Below, in pieces: positions 9,307-16,760 of a stretch of 64,000 bases of DNA. Positions within the stretch are counted from its first letter, which is position 1, and every line of letters begins with the position of its first letter. Source of the DNA: a virus (lineage: Duplodnaviria > Caudoviricetes). The notes under the pieces were generated by a model. That model was not told where the DNA came from, did not search any database, and saw nothing but the letters and a program-made list of their open reading frames with translations. Where the stretch lies: the IMG/VR virus record IMGVR_UViG_3300032093_000005, one strand, 5' to 3'. Position numbers and translations under genes: made by a program.

Positions 9307-10329
9307 TTATCTAACGTGATGACCACCAAACATATAACGCATCCCGTTCAAGATTTTTGCTCCGAATGATCCGAGATTGCGTGAGTTAAATCTTTCAAAT
9401 AGGGCAGTAGTAATGACAGGAGCGGGAACCCCCAAATCCACAGCGGCAGAAACAGTCCAACGACCCTCACCGCTATCGGAAACTCCACCAGAGAAGCGTT
9501 TAAGGCTACCATCCCTGCGTAGCACATCAGCAGTAAGATCAAGTAACCAACTACCAACCACGCTACCACGACGCCATAACTCAGCAACCTCAGCAACATC
9601 AATATCGTAGCAATAGGATTCTGGGTCTGCCATTGGTGCAACTTCTGCGTCTCCTTCTCTGACATACTGAGCACCTAGATTAGCGTTCTTCAAAATATTG
9701 AATCCTTCTGCATATGCCTGCATAATGCCATATTCAATTCCATTGTGAACCATTTTTACAAAGTGTCCTGCACCAGGGCCACCACAATGCAACCAACCAA
9801 ACTCCGCAGAGGTTACGTCCGAGTCAAACTGAGTCCTCGGGGCAGCGGTGATTCCTGGAGCGAGGGCATCAAAAATCCTTGCACAAGTGGCGACCGCAGT
9901 ATTTCCGCCACCAACCATAAGACAGTATCCACGATCCAAACCATAAACACCACCGCTAGTGCCACAATCAATATATTGGATACCAAGTTTTGCCAGGCGT
10001 TCTGCTCTTTTCCGACTGTCTTTAAAATTGCTATTGCCATGATCAATAATAATATCTCCTTCACCACAATATCGTAGTAACTCATTGATTGTCTCCTCTA
10101 CTGTTTCTGCAGGAACAACCATTTGGAAGATACCTGGTTGTTTTCCATCTTTTACTATTTGAACAAGGCTTTGTATAGAAGTTGTAACACCATTAACATA
10201 TCCGTTTTCATATGCTTCTTGTGCCTTTTCATAATTTCTTCTGTATCCCCAAACTTCTATACCTGCTTTCATCATACGGCGAGACATACCTTCGCCCATT
10301 CTTCCAAGTCCAATTAATCCTACTTTCAT
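9307..10329 (-). CDS. gnd: 6-phosphogluconate dehydrogenase, decarboxylating (auxiliary metabolic gene)
   Basis: GLGRMG, IIDHGNS, DCGTSGG, GAGHFVKMVHNGIEYG, DSGEGRW. Confidence 0.95.
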   Translation of the reverse strand: MKVGLIGLGRMGEGMSRRMMKAGIEVWGYRRNYEKAQEAYENGYVNGVTTSIQSLVQIVKDGKQPGIFQMVVPAETVEETINELLRYCGEGDIIIDHGNSNFKDSRKRAERLAKLGIQYIDCGTSGGVYGLDRGYCLMVGGGNTAVATCARIFDALAPGITAAPRTQFDSDVTSAEFGWLHCGGPGAGHFVKMVHNGIEYGIMQAYAEGFNILKNANLGAQYVREGDAEVAPMADPESYCYDIDVAEVAELWRRGSVVGSWLLDLTADVLRRDGSLKRFSGGVSDSGEGRWTVSAAVDLGVPAPVITTALFERFNSRNLGSFGAKILNGMRYMFGGHHVR

Positions 10330-10337
10330 ATATTCTC

Positions 10338-10430
10338 CTATTGTGGATATGCGTTGTTAAGTCCCCATACAACAAAAAATCCAATCGTACCAAAAATAGT
10401 TAATGCGCTAAAAAGTAAATTAGTATTCAT
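10338..10430 (-). CDS. 30-aa membrane microprotein
   Basis: MNTNLLFSALTIFGTIGFFVVWGLNNAYPQ; single TM; chained overlaps with neighbours. Confidence 0.55.
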   Translation of the reverse strand: MNTNLLFSALTIFGTIGFFVVWGLNNAYPQ

Positions 10431-10533
10431 CATCATCCTCATAAGTTGATGGTTCTTCAAATAGTTCATCTAACTTTTGCTGTAAAACTCTTTCTTGAAG
10501 TTCTTGTAGGTCTTTGTCTGTTAAAACTATCAT
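10420..10533 (-). CDS. 37-aa acidic microprotein
   Basis: MIVLTDKDLQELQERVLQQKLDELFEEPSTYEDDDEY; ATGA overlap. Confidence 0.5.
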   Translation of the reverse strand: MIVLTDKDLQELQERVLQQKLDELFEEPSTYEDDDEY

Positions 10534-10709
10534 TTGTCCTTTAATAGTTCCTCCACTCTTTTACGCATATTAGTACTATCTTGTTTGAGATAATCCCTCA
10601 AAGAATAACCACGCCGTCCACGCATAATACAAGTGCCTTGATAAAACATCGTGGCAGCAAACACCAACAGAAAAGCAATGCCAATTATTTCAGAGTAATG
10701 TTGAGCCAT
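10530..10709 (-). CDS. 59-aa membrane microprotein
   Basis: MAQHYSEIIGIAFLLVFAATMFYQGTCIMRG...; one TM. Confidence 0.55.
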   Translation of the reverse strand: MAQHYSEIIGIAFLLVFAATMFYQGTCIMRGRRGYSLRDYLKQDSTNMRKRVEELLKDK

Positions 10710-10891
10710 GGAAGCAATGGTGGGATAACTCCAATCAACCTTAAAAGTCCCTCAGCAAATAAAGCAAGAACCACCCAACCGACGCACATACTAATGATGC
10801 TAGCATTACGGTTGTGTCGTCGTATTGCTGCATCGATCATCTCCTTAACTTCGGAACGGGTTACATAATCATCATCAAAAGGTTCCATCAT
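10685..10891 (-). CDS. Small membrane protein
   Basis: IDAAIRRHNRNASIISMCVGWVVLALFAEGLL; C-terminal TM. Confidence 0.65.
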   Translation of the reverse strand: MMEPFDDDYVTRSEVKEMIDAAIRRHNRNASIISMCVGWVVLALFAEGLLRLIGVIPPLLPWLNITLK

Positions 10892-11037
10892 TTCTCATCT
10901 CCAAGAAACTTCGCAAGAGGATCTCTCCTCGTTTTGACTATTTCAACTGCTCTCTTGTAGAACATATTATCTGTGTTCCCAGAGGCTTCAAAAGTTTCCT
11001 TGATCTTCACCCAATTGTCGTAGGTGTGCTGATCCAT
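10888..11037 (-). CDS. 49-aa hypothetical protein
   Basis: MDQHTYDNWVKIKETFEASGNTDNMFYKRAVEI...; ATGA overlap with next gene. Confidence 0.6.
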   Translation of the reverse strand: MDQHTYDNWVKIKETFEASGNTDNMFYKRAVEIVKTRRDPLAKFLGDEK

Positions 11038-11151
11038 AAGGTTTAAGGTTGAATACTACTAGTTATACTAGTGAGTATTTTTAAACTGTCAAGTTTGTGT
11101 TGATACAAAAATATAGATTAAGAGAATCTAAAATTTTGTAATATTTCTAAA

Positions 11152-11234
11152 CGGAGAGAACAGGAATCGAACCTGCGAAGCTTTTAAACCCAGCCGCTTT
11201 CAAGGCGGTGTCCTCGACCAACCGGACTCTCTCC
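11152..11234 (-). tRNA. tRNA-Ser(UGA)
   Basis: GGAGAGA/TCTCTCC acceptor, CTTGAAA loop, long variable arm, G73. Confidence 0.92.
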
Positions 11235-11244
11235 AAATAAGTCC

Positions 11245-11502
11245 TCAACGGACTTCAAAATCTAATCGTTTAACTTTACGTTGACGACGTGCTTCTTGCC
11301 ACTGAATATCTTCATTGGTAAGAACACTAGATTTTGTTTTTGTATGATAAGAGTTTAGCATAACAACATTAGATAAGTCAACTGCTGAGATCTTATCACC
11401 ACGAATAGTCGCCATATTTGGACAACCACATGTTACAGTTTTACTATGATACCCTTCTAACTCCCTACCACAGGAGCGGCATCTGATTCTTAAGTTTTCC
11501 AT
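11245..11502 (-). CDS. Zinc-ribbon-like hypothetical protein
   Basis: CRSC ... CGC cysteine pairs. Confidence 0.65.
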   Translation of the reverse strand: MENLRIRCRSCGRELEGYHSKTVTCGCPNMATIRGDKISAVDLSNVVMLNSYHTKTKSSVLTNEDIQWQEARRQRKVKRLDFEVR

Positions 11503-11521
11503 TGTATTATAAGTTTAATTT

Positions 11522-11956
11522 TTATTCAGTAAATGATCTCAAAAACCAAACAAACTTTCCGTGTGCCTCATTGAGATCATCAAGTAAATTTGTTGTACCT
11601 CTTGAATTAAGTTCTTCTGCGATCTTTGCTGCTTCTCCAAACATTTCAATTATTGTAGTATGACATTTCAAGAGATCTTTAATCATCTCCATTTCAGAGA
11701 GACCACTTTTTGCTTCTGATACTCTGGATACTTCTGCAACTCTTGAGAGAGCACTAACTGGTTTAGCACCAAGAAATCTCATATGCTCGGAGATTCTATC
11801 AATCTCTTCAAAGAGTGCAGTATATTGCTCACCAAACATTGTATGAACTTGATAGAAATCAGGTCCAGTAATATGCCAATGATATACCCAAGTCTTTTGG
11901 AAAAGTACAAAAAGACTTGCTTGAGTATCAGAAAGTATTTTATATAGTTTTTCCAT
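11522..11956 (-). CDS. dps: Dps / ferritin-like DNA-protection protein
   Basis: YHWHITGPDFYQVHTMFGEQY...DRISEH, HGKFVWFL; Dps size. Confidence 0.9.
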   Translation of the reverse strand: MEKLYKILSDTQASLFVLFQKTWVYHWHITGPDFYQVHTMFGEQYTALFEEIDRISEHMRFLGAKPVSALSRVAEVSRVSEAKSGLSEMEMIKDLLKCHTTIIEMFGEAAKIAEELNSRGTTNLLDDLNEAHGKFVWFLRSFTE

Positions 11957-11974
11957 TATACCATATTTTTTAGG

Positions 11975-11982
11975 TATTTATA
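11975..11982 (-). promoter_or_regulatory. T4-type late promoter upstream of dps
   Basis: TATAAATA on the - strand, 19 nt above the ATG. Confidence 0.7.
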
Positions 11983-11983
11983 A

Positions 11984-12056
11984 TGGGCAATCGCAGATTC
12001 GAACTGCGGACTTTCTGCGTGTAAAGCAGACACTCTAACCGCTGAGTTAATCGCCC
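11984..12056 (-). tRNA. tRNA-Val(UAC)
   Basis: Cloverleaf; TCTGC-TTTACAC-GCAGA anticodon arm. Confidence 0.95.
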
Positions 12057-12062
12057 AAGAAA

Positions 12063-12227
12063 TTAAATCTTGGTCATCATATATTCTACGGTATTTGCTA
12101 CATCATTCATAGCATCCCGTAGATTTTCCCGTTGACCCGACTCCTGCCTAACGACTGGGCGATGATCATCGGTTAAAGTCCAACGCCACTGTTTCATATC
12201 AGAGCAATACCAAAGATTAATTTTCAT
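12063..12227 (-). CDS. 54-aa hypothetical protein
   Basis: MKINLWYCSDMKQWRWTLTDD...; overlaps upstream ORF. Confidence 0.55.
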   Translation of the reverse strand: MKINLWYCSDMKQWRWTLTDDHRPVVRQESGQRENLRDAMNDVANTVEYMMTKI

Positions 12228-12387
12228 TCTTCTGATATTCTAGTTTAATCCAGTTTAGAAGAGCATTGACTTCCATAGAAGAATGATGTGGTTCTCCAAG
12301 ATAATACTCAGTTGTTGCTACATCAGCAGCATACTTTTCAAGTGCTGCAATAGCGACTTCTCTATCACGTTGGGAAATAAGAGACAT
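12217..12387 (-). CDS. 56-aa hypothetical protein
   Basis: MSLISQRDREVAIAAL...; AGGAGG SD, directly below a sigma70 promoter. Confidence 0.6.
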   Translation of the reverse strand: MSLISQRDREVAIAALEKYAADVATTEYYLGEPHHSSMEVNALLNWIKLEYQKNEN

Positions 12388-12408
12388 AAACCTCCTAACT
12401 CGTTATCT

Positions 12409-12442
12409 ATAATACACTAAAAAGGGGGTCTTGTCAACCCCC
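12409..12442 (-). promoter_or_regulatory. Porin terminator overlapping a sigma70 promoter
   Basis: GGGGG-TTGACAAGA-CCCCC-TTTTT hairpin; TTGACA-17-TATTAT. Confidence 0.8.
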
Positions 12443-12464
12443 AATTTACACTATGTAGGAATTA

Positions 12465-13982
12465 TCAGAACGTAAACTTCGTCTGAATCACACCACCATA
12501 GTTGGAAGATGCACCAGCAAATGCCTGATTGTTAGAGGCATAGAACACTGCAGGAGTTACAGTGATATTGTCGGACACCTTATACTTGTAGAAGACTTCC
12601 CACATCGTTGCATCCTTATCCAGTCCTTCCGCGTTACCAGGTTGACCGATGGCGAAACCAGCAGAGTTACCCTTAGCAAACACATTAGACCACTGGAGAC
12701 CAGCATACCAAGTCTGTGAATCGGTAGCACCAGCAGGAGTTGCCTGACCTGCTGCATCCAGACTTACGGTGTTCCAACCATAACCAGCACTCACAGAAGG
12801 AATGATACCAGAAGTCTTGGGTTGCCAATAAGCACTCAGGGCATAACCATTAGAGGTTTGTCCAGGAGCAAGGGCACCAGACTTACCAGCAAGTGCGTTG
12901 AAAGTACGAACACGAGTACCTTCAGTACCATAACGGTAACCGAATGCAGCACCCCACTGAGGAGCACGATAACCAATTTGCGCCAGAGTATTCAGAGCAC
13001 CAGATTCGTTGAACTCACCTTTGGTGGAATCACCACCATTTTGAGCAACATAGTTCACACCAGCAACGAAACCACCTTTACCTTTCTTGGTAGGTTGTGC
13101 CCACTGAGCACCGAAACCAGCACCAGTTGCTTTGTTATAAACACCAGGAGCACCAGCAAGTTGGAAGAAATCAAGGATTTCAGACTTATATGCGGTAGGA
13201 ACCCAAGTCATCTCAGTGTTGCGAACCAGAGCACCAGCAGTCAGAGTTACACCCTTAGCAAGTGCAGGGAACTGGTAGTAAAGGCGGTCAAGAGTAACTG
13301 CGTTTGCAGTGCTCTCTGCCTTATCCAGTTTGAACAGGGAAGAAGATGAACCGAAGGGTTGACTGGAGAAGTTACCCGAACGCAGACGAGTGCGGAGCAG
13401 GTCTTTACCAGTGAACGAAGTATCAAAGTTCAGACGGAGATCGTAGTTGAATGCAGTGTTACCAACATTCGTGCTAGCAGGAGCCTTGGAAGTACCAGGA
13501 GTCCAAGCATTATCTACACCACCAAGAACAAAGTTTACTTCACCTTTCAGTTTAGTGGTAGTAGAGAAACGGGTTGCTTCCAGAGCACCCACTTTTGCTT
13601 CCAGAGTAGATACACGACCACGAATCACGGCAAGTTCATCAGAGAACTCGTTAGCAAGACGCTTCAGTTCATCAGTAACTTCAGTCACACGGTCAAGGCA
13701 AGCATTCAGAAGTGCTGCTGCCTCATAACGGGACATTGCCTTACCACCAGCAAAAGTGCCGTTGGGGTAACCAGCAACGCAACCATAACGCTCTACAAGG
13801 TTGCTGAGTGCCTGATATGCCCAATCAGTGGGTTGCACATCAGAAAGTTGTGAGACACTTGTAACCTGCTCAGTGGAAGAGTACTGGTTGACTGCTGCCA
13901 TATTAAGGTCTGCGGCATTCGCAGCAACAGGAGCAACCATTCCCAGAGCAACAGGTGCAAGCATCAGTTGTTTGAGTTTCAT
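12465..13982 (-). CDS. Cyanobacterial outer-membrane porin (SomA/SomB, OprB-type) with SLH domain
   Basis: Signal peptide, SDVQPTDWAYQAL/GYPNGTF/SRYEAAA SLH domain, coiled coil, FSTTTKLKGE barrel start, C-terminal TKFTF. Confidence 0.95.
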   Translation of the reverse strand: MKLKQLMLAPVALGMVAPVAANAADLNMAAVNQYSSTEQVTSVSQLSDVQPTDWAYQALSNLVERYGCVAGYPNGTFAGGKAMSRYEAAALLNACLDRVTEVTDELKRLANEFSDELAVIRGRVSTLEAKVGALEATRFSTTTKLKGEVNFVLGGVDNAWTPGTSKAPASTNVGNTAFNYDLRLNFDTSFTGKDLLRTRLRSGNFSSQPFGSSSSLFKLDKAESTANAVTLDRLYYQFPALAKGVTLTAGALVRNTEMTWVPTAYKSEILDFFQLAGAPGVYNKATGAGFGAQWAQPTKKGKGGFVAGVNYVAQNGGDSTKGEFNESGALNTLAQIGYRAPQWGAAFGYRYGTEGTRVRTFNALAGKSGALAPGQTSNGYALSAYWQPKTSGIIPSVSAGYGWNTVSLDAAGQATPAGATDSQTWYAGLQWSNVFAKGNSAGFAIGQPGNAEGLDKDATMWEVFYKYKVSDNITVTPAVFYASNNQAFAGASSNYGGVIQTKFTF

Positions 13983-14091
13983 AAAGATTTGTTTTTAGTA
14001 CTAAACGACATGGTACTTCAGGGTTATTTAAACCCTTTGTATATGGGTCACATAATTGGTGCGAGTAGTTGGGGCACCAATTATGCAAGGT

Positions 14092-14159
14092 TATTTAGAG
14101 AATCTTAAGCAAAACTTAAGTTCGAGGATTATCATAGTATAGTTTTGTTCTTCTGTCAA
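14092..14159 (-). promoter_or_regulatory. Tandem early (sigma70) and late promoters of the porin gene
   Basis: TTGACA(14159-14154)-17-TATGAT(14136-14131); CTAAATA at 14098-14092. Confidence 0.75.
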
Positions 14160-14177
14160 CTAAGGTTTCTTTAAGAA

Positions 14178-14249
14178 AGCGGAGTATCGGATTCGAACCG
14201 ACGACGAACTGCTTGGAAGGCAGCCATTCTACCACTGAATTAACTCCGC
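14178..14249 (-). tRNA. tRNA-Gly(UCC)
   Basis: GCGGAGT/ACTCCGC acceptor, CTTCCAA loop, U73. Confidence 0.95.
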
Positions 14250-14298
14250 AAATGATGGAGGATTTCTCCTCCATGCACACTTCCTTCACACAAAAGAA

Positions 14299-14327
14299 AG
14301 TATAAGACATAAAGAGTATTATGTCAA
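14299..14327 (-). promoter_or_regulatory. Sigma70 promoter
   Basis: TTGACA-17-TATACT. Confidence 0.75.
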
Positions 14328-14398
14328 GCCCCCGACAAGATTCGAACTTGCGACCAGCGGTTTACAAAACCGCTGCTCTACCACTGAGCTACAAGGGC
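14327..14398 (-). tRNA. tRNA-Thr(UGU)
   Basis: GCCCTTG acceptor, AGCGG-TTTTGTAA-ACCGCT region with a TGT anticodon, TTCGAAT. Confidence 0.95.
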
Positions 14399-14505
14399 AA
14401 ATGGGTAACGAGTGCCCGTCACCCGCAGGAGACACTTCCTGCAAGTTTCACTGCATTAGAGGGCAGTGAATAAAACGTTTCTAATAGCCTCTCTTACCTC
14501 CCATA

Positions 14506-14599
14506 AGGAAGATGTAGGTATCGAACCTACAAAAGACAGTCCCTAAGAACTGCTGGGAATTCCACCCAGAACGTAGTTTAGAAGAACCAAAGTCCTTCC
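14506..14599 (-). ncRNA. tRNA-like RNA with a non-canonical core
   Basis: GGAAGG/TCTTCC acceptor-like stem, TGTAGG-TTCGATA-CCTACA T-arm, two internal hairpins, no standard anticodon arm. Confidence 0.6.
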
Positions 14600-14601
14600 A
14601 A

Positions 14602-14674
14602 CTGGGGCGGCAGGGATCGAACCTGCGACCTAGATGTTAACAGCATCCCGCTACTACCGCTGAGCTACACCCCA
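14602..14674 (-). tRNA. tRNA-Asn(GUU)
   Basis: U1-A72, G73, GGATG-CTGTTAA-CATCT. Confidence 0.95.
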
Positions 14675-14967
14675 TTATGTTGTTCGTGATGTATTTCTCT
14701 ATGGCAATTAGCACACACAAGAATACATTTATCTGCTTCTGCTTTTTGTTTTTCTATGGCAGCGGTGGTTCCAAGATTTTTTGTTTCTTTGGTAGTGGGA
14801 TCAAGATGATGAAACTCTAATGCAGAAATGCATTTATTGTAACCACATCTTTCACACTTACCACCTTTATATTCTACTAGAAGAAGTTTGTTTTGCTTGC
14901 GTCTTTTAATGACACTTGCTTTATTTGCTTCTCTACGATCAGCATAGGTTCTGGTTTCCTTAGTCAT
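14665..14967 (-). CDS. HNH endonuclease (putative homing endonuclease)
   Basis: KCERCGY, EFHHLDP, CILVCANCHREIH; stop inside tRNA-Asn; late promoter at 14995-15002. Confidence 0.8.
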   Translation of the reverse strand: MTKETRTYADRREANKASVIKRRKQNKLLLVEYKGGKCERCGYNKCISALEFHHLDPTTKETKNLGTTAAIEKQKAEADKCILVCANCHREIHHEQHNGV

Positions 14968-15014
14968 AAGGTAGAAGTTTTATTGTTCTACCATTATTTA
15001 TAAGGGAATAAATG

Positions 15015-15091
15015 TGCCGTTGTGGGGGAATCGAACCCCTACTTCTCCAACTCCCTTGTCGGGGTGTCCTGACCACTAGACTACCAACGGC
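15015..15091 (-). ncRNA. tRNA-like RNA (Glu-like D arm, aberrant anticodon loop)
   Basis: GCCGTTG/CAACGGC acceptor, GTC-TAGTGGTCAG-GAC D arm, GGGG-TTCGATT-CCCC T arm; CCGAC-AAGGGA-GTTGG arm lacks a 7-nt U33 loop. Confidence 0.65.
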
Positions 15092-15175
15092 TTGATGGAG
15101 TAAGTGTGATATATCTCATAAGGATATAACAGGGACTTACCCTCTATCAGTTTATATATGGAGATAAACTCCAAG

Positions 15176-15249
15176 CGGGTTAGGAGGGACTCGAACCCCC
15201 GACCAACAAATTAGAAGTTTGTGGCTCTATCCATCTGAGCTACTAACCC
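15176..15249 (-). tRNA. tRNA-Arg(UCU)
   Basis: GGGTTAG/CTAACCC, ACAAA-CTTCTAA-TTTGT. Confidence 0.95.
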
Positions 15250-15336
15250 AAGAGACCTCCTGGTTTGTGCATCGTTGAGAGGCATAGGAGGGGCGGGACT
15301 TATAGGAGGGTTGGAACCTCGCCTGCCCATGAGAAT

Positions 15337-15365
15337 ATTATACTACTCCTTCGGGCAGTCGTCAA
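15337..15365 (-). promoter_or_regulatory. Sigma70 promoter of the tRNA operon
   Basis: TTGACG-17-TATAAT. Confidence 0.8.
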
Positions 15366-15747
15366 CCCAGACTGCACAGATTCTCATTTCTCCACCAAGC
15401 AGTCTCTGTGCCTCACTGCCGTCTGGTGGTTTCTCAACATATTTTTGTTTATATTTCTTATCATAATCGGAAATAATCCGATCATACTCTGGTGTTACAG
15501 CATCAATCGCACGATCCACATCACGCTTAACTCTACGTTCTACTGCATGAGGATCTTGAAGAATAAGTTCATTAATAATAGTTTGCGGGAAATATTTTCT
15601 CTGAACCTCATCCAGTAAATCCCAAAGTCCATTTTCGGAAATTCCCGTGCATTGTGAGAGTGCTGCAATAAGACTTGATAATACTAAACCAACTATAAGC
15701 AGTTGTTTCTTATCTGTTTTCTTTTTACCAAAGTTAAAATTAAACAT
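15343..15747 (-). CDS. Membrane-anchored hypothetical protein
   Basis: Basic N-terminus, hydrophobic LLIVGLVLSSLIAALSQC (possible lipobox-like Cys), helical body. Confidence 0.7.
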   Translation of the reverse strand: MFNFNFGKKKTDKKQLLIVGLVLSSLIAALSQCTGISENGLWDLLDEVQRKYFPQTIINELILQDPHAVERRVKRDVDRAIDAVTPEYDRIISDYDKKYKQKYVEKPPDGSEAQRLLGGEMRICAVWVDDCPKE

Positions 15748-15772
15748 AAGAGCGCAGCACTCTTAATATGTA

Positions 15773-15964
15773 TCAGTCCTCTTCGGTAAATTCTGCAGGA
15801 GTTTCTTCTGTTAGTTCTGGTTCTGGAAGAGTAACTCCAATTTGAGTTAGATACTCAATTGCACCCTGAACTTTCCAAAAAAGTTCTCTACTTTGATTCA
15901 TTTGTTGTTCTAGAGTAATTCTTTGCTCTAAAAGATTTTTAAGATGTTCTTGCTGTTCAGTCAT
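15773..15964 (-). CDS. Small coiled-coil protein
   Basis: Heptad pattern, VQGAIEYL. Confidence 0.6.
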   Translation of the reverse strand: MTEQQEHLKNLLEQRITLEQQMNQSRELFWKVQGAIEYLTQIGVTLPEPELTEETPAEFTEED

Positions 15965-16016
15965 TTTCCTATAAAAAGTAAAAAGTAAAGGGGAGTCATT
16001 CCACTCCCCTTATATA

Positions 16017-16685
16017 TCAAACTTCTACCGTGATCAGTTTGGAAGCATATTCATGAGCATACGAAGTGCGGGCACCATGATGTCCCCAACCAATCCAACT
16101 ATACGCATAGTCCATGTAACGATTGATAGACTTACCAGGAGTTTTCATCCTATCTTCAATACGTTGCCATTGAACTTCAGTCGTTAGATAACGAAGTTGC
16201 GTGTGAAGTTCTGATGGAGAACCACCATACTTCTTAGCAAAATCACCCAATCCATAATAACGATTGGCAGATGTCCATTGAATCAGTCCGTAACCGCGAC
16301 CGCAGTTACCCCAACTGGTTCTACTACCACCTTCACAAATGTTAGGAACAAAAGTTGATTCCTGACGAATGTTACCCATGATGGTAGCAAGGGCGTTTCT
16401 GTCTTTAATACCACGATTCTGGAAAAATGCCAGAGTAGCATTCTCATGTTCATTACACCCTTTACAAATTAACCTTGTCTCTTTAGGTTTTGCGGGAGCA
16501 ACCTCGCGGATTGCTGTCTTCTTTTCATCTACAAGATTAAACTCTTTGATAATAGCAAATGGTTTGGTCGTTGGTTCCACTGGTGGTGGAGGACCTTGCA
16601 TCTTGTAGTTGACGAATGGCAGTGATGCCGTACTGGTTGTAACCGTTGCCAGAAGAGGCAGGGCTACTGTAAAGATAGATTGCAT
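16017..16685 (-). CDS. Phage tail-lysozyme-like (lysozyme superfamily) protein with N-terminal export signal
   Basis: ALATIMGNIRQES, GYGLIQWT..R, QLRYL; start set at MQSIFTVAL. Confidence 0.75.
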   Translation of the reverse strand: MQSIFTVALPLLATVTTSTASLPFVNYKMQGPPPPVEPTTKPFAIIKEFNLVDEKKTAIREVAPAKPKETRLICKGCNEHENATLAFFQNRGIKDRNALATIMGNIRQESTFVPNICEGGSRTSWGNCGRGYGLIQWTSANRYYGLGDFAKKYGGSPSELHTQLRYLTTEVQWQRIEDRMKTPGKSINRYMDYAYSWIGWGHHGARTSYAHEYASKLITVEV

Positions 16686-16700
16686 TAATTTTAATTGAAC

Positions 16701-16760
16701 TCTACATCCCAATAGAAAGGGGGTATACCACCCCTCTCGGGGGGCACTTTCCTGGGCTCT
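16701..16760 (-). ncRNA. Structured 5' leader
   Basis: CCCAGGAAAG...CTTTCTATTGGG outer stem enclosing a CCCC-GAGA-GGGG GNRA hairpin. Confidence 0.5.

Noticed and set aside
12822-13853. + strand ORFs inside the porin
   Set aside because: Shadow ORFs of a codon-biased gene
9307-13982. Host chromosomal contamination (gnd, dps, porin)
   Set aside because: The genes are interleaved with phage-type late promoters, HNH genes and microORFs in the same orientation; a chimera is unlikely though not excluded without reads
15265-15618. + strand ORFs containing AGGAGG near the tRNA-Arg leader
   Set aside because: Opposite to a strong - strand promoter and gene; better explained as the complement of the CCUCCU repeats
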